Positions 25,201 to 37,200 of a DNA stretch of 64,000 bases are shown piece after piece. The notes under the pieces are model-generated. The model did no database searches. It was not told the DNA's origin and saw only the letters and a list, made by a program, of their open reading frames with translations. The stretch's first letter is position 1. Each line of letters begins with the position of its first letter. A program made the position numbers and the translations under genes. The DNA comes from Tubulanus polymorphus (Eukaryota; Animalia; Nemertea): positions 23,098,150 through 23,162,149 of the forward strand of contig NC_134026.1 in NCBI RefSeq assembly GCF_964204645.1, written 5' to 3'.

Positions 25201-28200
25201 CTCTGCTTGAGGTGTTATCTGGAGAAACATTGGTAAGCAACCTCCAGGGCCGTCGGAACAGGGGCGGCCAAAGCCGCCCCACTTTTTTGCTTAACAAAAT
25301 TTTTTTCAAAAGCACGCTGTACCCCGTAGCAGCTCGTCGTTCTCTGTACTAGGTGGTTGGCTCATGACTCATGCTTCTGTGAATGAGACCGTGAAATGGC
25401 CCCAAAACGCATCTCTGGCGATTGAATTTTCAAAATTTTTCTAGGGGAGGGCCCCAGACCACCCTTCAGAAATAAGCCTCGCCACTGAAAAATTCCTTCT
25501 GATGGCTCTGACCTCAACAGCATAACTAAAAGAGTGTACTAATAAGAAATAAACGTAATTTTAGGTGAAATTTCTACTGATTCTTCTATTCATCGAAGTA
25601 GAATTATTATCTATATTCAATGAGTTCATAAATTGCCTGGTTTTAATGAATTACGATTTATGTTTTTCAGCCGAGAGAACGAGGGCATATGCGTTTCCAC
25701 AGGTTACAGAATGTTCAAATAGTACTGGATTTTCTACGCTATCGAGGGGTTTGTATATGAAATTACCTTCAACTTTCTGTTTAAGATTTCAATCTTCATC
25801 TTCAACTTTCTGTTCAAGATATTATTGATTATACGCTCAAATTCGAAATGGAGGACCGGCACACAAGCTATCCCGTCAGATAGTGCCACTGAGATATCAG
25901 ACGCACTCGATGAAAATTAGTTCATTTTCAAGTAACTTTGATCTCAATTTTCTTCCAATCCAAAAATTGGGCAAATCACGCATCAGAATAAACTCTAATT
26001 AGTCTTTTCATATGTCATGCATAGAATTTGAGAAATTATTGTTAGATTTTAATTGAGTTAGAGAAGAAATCCAGCATCGATGTCATATTGTACATTGGCG
26101 GATTATGGTGGAATTCTGCTTACCACAGAAGCATTGCCGGTCCCCCGTTAGGCTCAGTGGATTTTGATGTGGCGCTCACGCCATCAGACAGTGGTGCCCT
26201 CTTCAGTTACTATAGATGACTAGATATTGATTTAGATATGAATTTTACAAGATAAGTGTATTATACAGAGGGGTGTGTGTTACTGTTGGCAAGAAGTTGA
26301 AATCTGAAAAAAGACATGACTTTTGTTTACGCAGTATGAAGACAATTTAGGTTATACTGTCATTGGCAAAACCAGTAATTGTTCCGCATATAGCTATTTC
26401 TCTCTGACAGGGCTATAATGTCAATTTCAAATGCTATATATATACCCAGATAATCTTTTGTTTTGTTCATAGTATGTGCTATGTTTTGTAGTCAATAGCT
26501 CATAAATGATATCTCCGTCATTCGGGAATTTTAATCAGGATTTAAGATTTTCTTTCATTACATGTATAGGCCTATAGGTAAGGGCATAAAATATATTATT
26601 GCATCAAAGATTTCATGACATGTCACCATTAATAGAATGTGCATGTTCCGTTTTCATCTATGTATCGATGAATTGACTATGATTTATGTATTGATCCGAG
26701 AAGACTAGTTAAGTCTTCATGAATTTTTGTACAAACCCTGATATGAAATGAGTTTCATAAACATCTTAAGACAAGTTCTTTACTTAGTTTATGGCTTCAT
26801 ATTTTTCAGATCAAGATTGTGAACATTCGCGCTGATGAAATTGTTGATGGCAATCCAAAACTTACTCTTGGCTTGATATGGACTATCATCTTACATTTCC
26901 AGGTAAAATATACACTTTTTCCTTTAAGCAATCTCTTTGTATGTTAGATTATACATTTCATTCAAACTATGTTTATTATTCGAAAATACCAAGGATTGCA
27001 GATCTTTTTATGAGGAACTTATGGGAACTATCTGTTGTTGATAATTGATGTGTTCTGCTAGTGCCCAGTAGGAAATCTTCAATAATTCACGTGTTTTTCT
27101 ACCTATGTGCCTTCATATGTGACTTTCTTGTAATCAAACAATGATATACATCATAGTCATCGATTGTATCGTGTGAATTAATTATGCTCATTACCACTCT
27201 CATTTATAGCAGTCATATCTATATACATAACAATCACTTGGATACATGCTTGATTCTTGTTTAACAGTCTATAAGTTTTATCAGGAGTAGTAGTGTCTTA
27301 TGTTTATTGCATACAAAATTGTTTGTTTTTTGCTGCGGTTTATGAATCTGCGGTGGATACTGCTAAGCGTTGAAGGAGTCTACAGCCAATATTTGATTTG
27401 TTAAAAGCCTCGATTCTGCTACAGTGCAGTTATCAAACTCATTTTTACTGACTTCAAGATCTAAGCATATTATGGTTTCATACACCAGTTGTGATCGTTA
27501 ATGACAGATAAGCATTTTGAATGGGTGATCGCTGACATTAATTCATGTTCATGAAACTTCGCCGAAAAGAGTAATTTTACATTTATGTATGGAAAATATT
27601 ATTGACCTGACTTAATACCAATGTCATTTTATGTGAAACTGTTCTGGAGGAAAAGTACTTCAATTTTACCGACATACCTACTTATTTGTGCTTGAAATGA
27701 TATCAATGCTGTCGTATTTGAATAATTCATGGTAGTATTTGTAGAAATGCCGATTCTGCGGTACTTTTTATGTTCCAGTCAAATTGCTCGATGTAGGCCT
27801 ATTTGGACCCTCCTGGATTTTCTGTGATATATTGTCCTCGTTTGTAGGAAGTTTTTACTTCGCCTGGACTAGTGTATTGGTACTTTTTTGCTCTCGAATA
27901 ATTGCGAAATTATTTGCGTATAAATGACTACTTGACGATTGGCAATTTTTACATGAGCTCTGTACTGGATTTTGATGTGGGCTAATGGTCGCTTCCCCTG
28001 AGTCGTCGATTGTACGAAATATTCCACAATGCCGCGACGAGTTATTCAAAATTTGCTGCAGAGTTGTCATCGATCTCCTCGTACTTTGAGTCCAACAAGA
28101 TCGTCGACCGACGCTCTGGGTCGCGTGTCTGACAGACCCAACAAACAAGTACGATTTCATCCAGCTACATCGGCGGTGGCTCTATCTTCTTCCCATGAAG

Positions 28201-31200
28201 ATGAAGAAGAGGCTGAAATACGACAAGGGCTCTGTTGCAATCGATGCGTAAAAACAAAAACTAAGACTACAAGCTCATCCCAATATGAGGTAAGAATGGT
28301 GATACGATGATTCTGAGATTGAAATTTTTGAAATGATCGCCTCAACGAGAGGCATATAGAGATACATCAAGTAGTATTTACAATTATATATCACAACATC
28401 AAACAAAGAATTAAAATAATATTTGACTAAAACAACAACTATACACTGATTATATGTTATGTACAAAGAAAATACCATAGATTGTTATGTACAGTTACCT
28501 CTGAAATTACAGAAAAATCTATGTATTTATACAAGAGCCCGGAATGATAAATAAATGCGTTTCGAATCATTGGGGTTGTTAAGCCGAATTATAGTTTTAC
28601 AAAATATTCCTAATTTCCTAGGGTAGTTGTACGAACTGAATAGGGTTCCATGTATGTTCCAAACTAGTTTTCTAATGAGTCAAGCTTGTGTCGCCATCTG
28701 TGATAATCTGTTAACGTTATTATACATGTAGTATATAATACATTGTTATACATACAAACTAGGTCAAATAGAAATGTGTTCTTTATAGGCAAATTTAGAC
28801 ATCCTTGCAATTTTTGCTGGAATCTGTATTTGAATTTGTCATATTTTGCAAATAATATACTTATATATAAGTGTTATTTCAATTCAGTGGGAATTTATGA
28901 TGCTGGTATGGTTCTGGATATGAAAACAGCGCAATTAACATCTTCAGCATACAAAATCAATCTTGACAGATTCATATCGCTACCTGAAATTATGAATATG
29001 ATTAATAAACCAAAATCTGCCGCGATGATCTGTTGATTCAGTGTGTTTTATGGGCTGCATTGTCTTTATATGAAGCAGCACCTGGTGTGGGCCCTAGAAC
29101 AGCCTGCCTTTGTGTGATCTAGCAAGATCGATAAAATTACACAATTGATTCGGCGTGTCTCCTTATGTGAAAAACTCATCGTTTTTGAAAACTACAACAT
29201 TTTCAGTGTTATTCACGTTGCTTGGAAAGGGACAACACATTCCGATATCAGTTTACTCTGCCTAGTTTGAAATCTATATCTCTGGACACTTCAGTTTAGT
29301 TTTTGGCATCGAATTTTCCGATGATCGTGCAACAGATGCCGCGAAGCATGTATTTTGTTGTGACGAAACTTGAATGGAGATATACATTTGTAAAGCTCGC
29401 AGTCGCGTTATCTTCGGGAATAAATGAGTCAGAGGACAAGGAGCTAGCTTTTGAAGGAACCTCGAATGTGTTACTGTGTAAACAATTGATCAGATAAGAA
29501 AGTGTTAATTGATGACCAGAATGGACCGGTCCTATTACTATATCTTGCAAGTGCTATGCTGTCGCATATTTGTCGAAATCACTGTTTCTAACTGAGTAGA
29601 ATCTGAATCTGGAAGTAACATGGATGTATGTATTTGCAGTTGATTGTATTGGTACATACATTTAGATAATTAGGTGTATATACGAAAACAAAAACTGTGT
29701 CACCGTGTGATAGCCGATGATTTGGTATAAAAAAGAAAAGCATAGTAGTTACACAGACAAGGAAATGAGTGGAAGTTTGCATGAGCTACTGAATCATATA
29801 TAGAAATATTGATGTGGATACATTGATACATGATTTGAGTTCAAATTCGCTGTTTTTTCATCTCTTGTGAGAAGTGAAAGGATTTTTTCGACTGGATACA
29901 TCTTTATTGCGGCAGTTTTAGGAAAAAACATCTATTAGAAATAGTTACGTGGCTGACTTTGAGCAGGTTGTTCCAGTAGTAAGAAGTACCGCGTAAGCCT
30001 ATAGATAACATACGTATGTATTGCCTATTACCAGGGATAGCAGTGTCAGAGTCTTATTCCTACATTAGTTTAAAGTTGAATGTTATTTGTTTGAAGAATG
30101 TCTCATATTTATATTAACTGATTATGTATCTTGCCAATTGATTGCAAAATTATTATCTGGCTGACGCTGTTGAATAAAACCATATTTTGATACAGGTGAA
30201 CTAATTCAGTATGAATCATCAAAATTATCCGCTCTCCTAAAAGCCTGATTAAATAGATGAATTCGTTGACTGAAAATCGTAGTATGTATTCAATATAGTC
30301 TGGCTTACATTTGGCCCATCCATATTACCTGCTACGTGTTGTACTTTATTGATACTCTTAAACATTAGATAATGATTTTATTTGATAAAAAATAATGGCG
30401 ATCTGAAAGAATAACGCATGTGCGTAACATATACCTAGTGACAATAATAATATATTGGGGTGTTTTTGATTTAGAATGACTAAGTATTATTATTGGTAAT
30501 AATCATATTCAAGTTGAACAGCTGGTGTACAGCACTGGCCTGGCGCATGCATGGTGTAGGCAACAGCGTAGCTTATATATAGGCTTATCGTTGATTTTAT
30601 GTTATAGATACGGTGCGTGCCGTCCTCGGCTCTATATAAGCCGAGCTTTCGTCGATCAATTTTTTCATTTTTTGATCGGGTACAACTGCGCGACAATCGG
30701 AGGCAAACATTCGACGATGAAAAAGCTGTGCTGCGGGTGTGCCTGTGGCAAGCGACCGCCGCAAGATTCAAAATTAGAACCGTTCCGACCGTGGAAGAAA
30801 CGCAAATGGAAACGCAAAGACAAGGGTGACAAAAAGAAAAAGAAAAAAGGTGATAAAGAAACAGACGATAGTGAGAATGAAGAAGAAGGATTACTGAATG
30901 GATCTGGAACATTCTTGGTAAATGATGCTCACGTACATATTGAAGAAGAGGAATGTGAGCCGGATATTTGTGGAGTTACATTCTCAGCTCCAGCTTCTAG
31001 TGTAGAACTTTGTAAGGGACAAGATGATCTTGATTCGCCTACAGCAGGACAGGATGAACTGCCGGCTGTACTTTCGCAGACTAGTGTAGATGACGATTTC
31101 CAAACGGCTTGTAGCTTTAAAAGTGAAACTTATTTTTCGTGTAGTTCAGATACTAGTGATAAATATACTAACAAAGATGATCACCCTTATTCTGAGGTGA

Positions 31201-34200
31201 GTTTTCTAAAGAGTCTTAATTTTATCTTTCATAATCATTGTGATCGAACATCTGACTGAATGCTACCATCACGGGGAGTCCTGGTATAAAGTCTATTGAA
31301 TTCATAAAATGATATGTACCATCGAATGATCCAACAGATTTTCCAACTTGGAATTTTCTATTGCTTCTTTATAGCAAAATACTGCTGTTACCCGTAATTA
31401 TTACCACTCGCATTTAATAAAACTTTGTCAATATTGTCGCGTGGATCTTTGTGGCCAGGCCTGATTAGTATTCATCTTTTCAGAGTTATAATTTTGCTTG
31501 AAAAAATTCGACATGGAAGGGTTAAACCTTATCAACGTCGCTTTATTTTTACCGTATTGCTGTGGTTTGTACAGCAACAATTTTCCCAATCAAGTCAAAC
31601 AGTAATCAGAGAGACAAAATAGTCAAATATATCGTATCTATGACCAGACTCATGTTAGGAAAGTTTAATGTATTGCTTATAATGACAATACATGTACATA
31701 TGTGTATTGGGTGCTACCGTGACAGATGGAAATTAAATTTAGATTTTTTTCATTCCATGTGATATATACACATTGTGCGGCCATTCCATTTGATTAATGT
31801 AGCGCTCATCTGAAAAATATCAATACTCATACATGGTGTCCGCACTTGCTGTGGTGTTCACACCCTGGAAATGAGAAATATGTGGGCTACACATAATTCT
31901 TTAATTTAATTAGTTATAGATGGATTGAAATAAAATCAATATTGAAATATAATATTAACAGTGTGAAGTCAGGGATTTCATACACCATATGATTTGGACC
32001 TCAAATTCGAATGGATTTCAAATTTAATAGCATTATTTCAACTTCACGTTTCTTCAATTCTTACCATTAGTCAGGTTTGGTCAAAATTACTTCCGCCTCT
32101 TAAATGGCTTGGTTTAAGAAACATATTCTCAAATATGGCTTTATCGAGAATACTTTAACTGAATCTCGTGCTGAATCTTGTCATTTCAGATCTCCGATGT
32201 GGTCGTACCTGGACAGGCGGACGATTTGTCGGCAAGAGATGCTCTGTTGCTATGGAGTAGACGTACAGTCGAAGGCTATCCTGATCTCAAAATACGAGAT
32301 TTCACTGATAGCTGGAGGGACGGACGTGCATTCCTCTCCATTATCCATAGACACAGGTAAGATCCTATGAAGGAAATCCTATGAAGCAAATTTCACTCTG
32401 ATTTGCACAGATTAGTGACAATTGATTTAGTCCGAGAAGAAAATTGTGAAAAAAGTGTTATTTTCCCATGATGAGTAGTATTATAAAATCAATCTGATTC
32501 TGTCAAATATGAGTCAGAACAGGAAGATCGAGGTGCCCTCTCTCTTTTATTACCAGTACCTTGGCTAAAACTGTAGAGGCACCTACGTCCAACTCTTCAA
32601 GCAACAGTTGGGCGCGAGGATAAAACAAAACGTCTCAATTTTGAACAATACCTTATAAACTGTGTGTTATCCATTCCATTTAAGATGCATATTTTCAAAA
32701 CCCCTGCAATGCTGTAATGATGATTTCATTGTCTGCGTAGCTAGAAATGGATCATAAAAACAGTAAATCAATTCATCATTCATAATCCAAACAGATTCAT
32801 CATTATTCCAGAGACAAACATAGGATAATTGATGTATTTGCATGTTCTCTCTATATCGCTCCATCCCTTGTGCTTACTTTAGAAGGTAGGCCCTTATTTG
32901 ATGATGCGTCTGCTATTGTATTCATCTATTTATTGAGAATTTTGCTAATAAGAGGCAGCATGCCAAAACAAAACGTTTTTCATACGTATCTATTTGTTGC
33001 CATCGCTTGTCTTTATGTTGATTTCACTCTAGAGACTCTATGTGTTGAGAATGCAGTTATCTAATAAAAAGATGCATCATCTTTGAGGGCTTTAACATTT
33101 ATATGCTCGAAAAGTTAGATCCTCGGTAAGACTTGCTGTTAACCTTATCTTTTCAATTTGCTGCTTCCAAAAGAGTTTAAGACTTGTATTTGATATTCAC
33201 ACTTGCATTTATTATTTGAGAATCTGAAAGAAAAGGTTACACTGCCTATGGACCACAACATCTATATTCTTTTGAAATTCGTACATGTACATGTATATGA
33301 TATTTTACAGTGATCTATCTAATGTTGAAGAAGTCAACCGAATAGTATATAAAGGCTGATTCATCAGGAACAAAATGTTCTATTGTTGAATGAGCTGTAG
33401 TCCTGGGAACAGGTGGACACATACGTATAACTGTTTCTATAGATCTTATGTCTGTATGCGTAGTGTTTCTCTGAAAACAGAAATATATATGTTGTTATGA
33501 AATATTGTTAGGTTTTTATCATTTTGATCCATCTGTTGGCTCATTATTAACACTTTCTTGCTTGAAAACCAAGAGTTTCGTGGATTGTTTAAAACCAGAA
33601 TATTTCTGATAGAACTTGGGGTTAACAAGTACGCAATGACTGGCAGGGGATATCCTACAGCTGTAGGATAAAACTAAATCGATTTATTCCAGACTAATTA
33701 AACTGCAATTGAAAATTTCTGATTAATCATTGAGTCAACCACATCCAATTCAGCAGCAGTTTCTTGTCTGGAGTGTTATGATTCACCATAAAACAAAATG
33801 CATATGATATCAAACAAAATTGAAATGGTAAACACCCATTCAAGTACCAATCTCTAGAGGGTTGCCTCTTTTGATGGAAATAAAGGCTGTAAATGAAATG
33901 AAGACATTTTTATCTAAATATTTGCTGATCAGTGACAATGAAATGATCTATTAGCCCTGTTTACCCATTGGATATCTCAGTACACTTTATATTTAGACGG
34001 GTGTTTAAGTAGGGTTGGGCAAACAGGCTTCTACTATTGGTTAACATAAATCTCCCAACAATGTCCAGCTTGAGATTAGTTAGATACATTGCAAGTTGTT
34101 CATAAGAAAGATAGCTGAAATGTCTAAAAAATTTATGATTGTTGAATTAGTCATAGTGTTCATGTCAGAACTGCAAAAATGCATTTATGATTGTGATGTC

Positions 34201-37200
34201 CAGGGTTGTTTGAAACTGTTTAAAGCAGATTGAGCAGATTTAGGCACATTTTAGCTTGTTTTTATACAGTAATGCAGAACAAGTTTGATAGATTTTTACA
34301 GCATTTCATACCGTTCTTCATTTTAGACCGGATCTTGTTGATTTTCGAACCGTTCGCCATCAAACAACAAAAGAGAATTTAGACATGGCATTCGATATTG
34401 CTGAAAAAGAACTTGGTGTCACAAGGTTACTAGAAGCTGAAGGTATGTTGAACATTATATTTGAATGAGGTCATTACTTCATTTTCCAGGGGAAATTTAC
34501 TTCATCAGTGTGTGTATAATGACCTTGATTGTTTTGTAGATGTAGATGTAGCAAGTCCCGATGAGAAGTCACTATTGACATATGTGTCTTCTCTGTACGA
34601 TGTCTTCCCAGCCGTTCCCACATTAGAACAGTCCATTCAAGATAACGTAAGTTTATCGTTACCGGTTTTAGGGATGAAAACCGCGTATCAGTACTAGATT
34701 GAATTATGCTATCGAAAAAACTGCTCGATATTGATTGTTGTAAATATATGGAGGATCCGGTGCGCACAATGCCACATGTTCATATTGATTCTATAGTTTA
34801 TATAATGGTACCTGGACAGTCTATCGTTAGTCCATAAATACCATATGTCTGTTATTAGAATATATGCTGCTGGTTTGAAAGCTTCCACTTTTCTAAATCA
34901 TTAGATGCTTTACTTTCAGGAGCAGCAGTTGAAATGGGAAGAATACAATGACGTGGCATCTTCATTCCTAAATTGGGTTAGACATTCCACTGATTTTATG
35001 TTAGACAGAAACTTTCCAAACACATTACCTGAATTAAGGGTAAGGATGTATTTCATTGGATTGAATATATTTCCATAAACCCCAGGGCCCAGTTGCACAG
35101 ACAAGGGTTAAATCTAAGACCAGTCCAATAAGCCCATATCATGTATCAATGGCATCACTGTAAAACTAAATTGTTTAGAGGTTTTTGTCATTGATGCGGT
35201 CAAGTCATAAATTGAAATTGTTAGCGACAGGTTTTATAGCAACAGCTGATTCTAAATGACGAATTTGATATGAATCGCATATATAGATAAGTACACGGGT
35301 CACATTTATATTAGGAGGGCTGTTAGTAAGGATTCAATTTCATTTGTTTTTAATGTATTTTACATGCGGATTAATATCATCGTGAATCTGCTCAGGAGAA
35401 ATATTCTTGGATTGGATGTGAAATGAGTCGCTATTAAGTTTCAGTGAAGGACAGTTTTTTGGAAAACACTGAAGTGACAATAGTCAGGATTAAAGTGGTT
35501 CACATGCATTACTAGTATTTTTCTGTTAATGAACATACTGTGTGAAACATATGAAAACTCGTTGGTCGAAGTTTATGGTCATATCAGATATAATATACTG
35601 ATATATGGTTAGATAATCATAGAATTATGAAAAAAGCTTGATACATATGACTTTTGGTCCCATTAAATATCAGATCTTTTTATTCCAACAATTCATGCTA
35701 TGTGGAATTTTGAAGTGTGCTGAAGTGCTGAATTCGTGTGTGCTTTATATTGGGTTCACGGAATCGTGGTTTGATGGTGTAAAGAGTAGTGTATGTAATT
35801 GGATTATAAAACTGAATTTATGAGTCAATAATGCATCAAACGATTCTGGGACTAGTTGACATAGTTGTATATTACTTCATAATCATTTGTGGTTTGTTTT
35901 GGGTAAGTTGATGTCATTCAGTCTACATTTTCACAGAATTGGCTTTGGATATTGATTGAGGAAGATCAAATTTCTCAATATTGAATTGAATAAAACTCTA
36001 TATTGACTTTATTCCAAAGCATGCTTAGTGGGAATTGTTTCTCGGCTGTTTTTAAGTGAAATTCCTAAATTGAAATTAATGTTTAATCACGTTATAACCA
36101 ATTGAAGTTAGTTGTGCAGTTAGTGACCATCAGATTATGCATTTGATAAGAAAGTTAAGCACAATATTTATAGGATATTTTAGATTAGTATAAAGGCTTG
36201 ATCTTTCAAACTACATATTTATGTGCAACCCTGGTGTTGACTTATTATCATACCTGGGGTACTCTCAATGTATATGTTCTATATCTTATCTAGTGTAGAA
36301 CATACAAAAGTGACAATATAAAAAATGTTCAGAATTCATTCGAGAAATGCTAGATTGATTCAGTCGTGATCACTTGGGATAAACTTCTGGTATAAAAATT
36401 CCATCATTGATTATGGGCAACAGCTGTCTAGACGTGGATTAGACTTGCATATTCCTAGAATGGTTATATTTCACTAGATGCATATATTTGTGTAAGAATC
36501 GACATCAATTGGAATATGGGGAAGGATGTATCCCCATCATAGATGTAATTGTACTTGGATATATCCGAGCACTCCTACATATGAAACACGATTTATGTAT
36601 GGTCTAGCTATCATACGTGAATACTAATCAGTATTATTGACTCGGCAATGGTTCAGGCAGACGATGGAGGATGACAAATGGTGGACAAACTATTTGGTAT
36701 ACACTTTTTACTAGATAGATATTAGGCCCTTTAGATTTTTTTCCATTTTCTAAGCATTGAACATCTACATACATTTAATTTATACATCACATTTGCCAGT
36801 TCAGGTATTGATTGTAATCGATTACCAGCAGCTTCTTGTCTAGACGAAGGGATATTGATACAATTTGATTTTCAGAGTCGATTGAAATGAAATCATTTTC
36901 AGAAGTTTAAAATATATGTAAATTGATGATTTATTTTCAGGCACTTTTGAAAGAATTCAATCGTTTTCGATCTGATGATGTTCCACGCAGACTGCAGGAT
37001 AAAAGCCATTTAGAAGAACTGTTCCATGAACTACAGGTAAAACTCGCGTGATTGATCAGTTATTAGTTTGTTTTATCATCGGAAGCAGATGTAGTTGATA
37101 GATTATCATTATTAGAGTACTGATTAATCATTAAACCGCTACCTGTACACGTCATGAAATAGATTTATTATTGAAAAGCACATTTCAGTGAATGGTAACT

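Noticed and set aside
30525-30716. Upstream extension of the 244-aa ORF
   Set aside because: It starts at a non-ATG codon and spans the TATA box; the protein-like sequence begins at ATG 30717.
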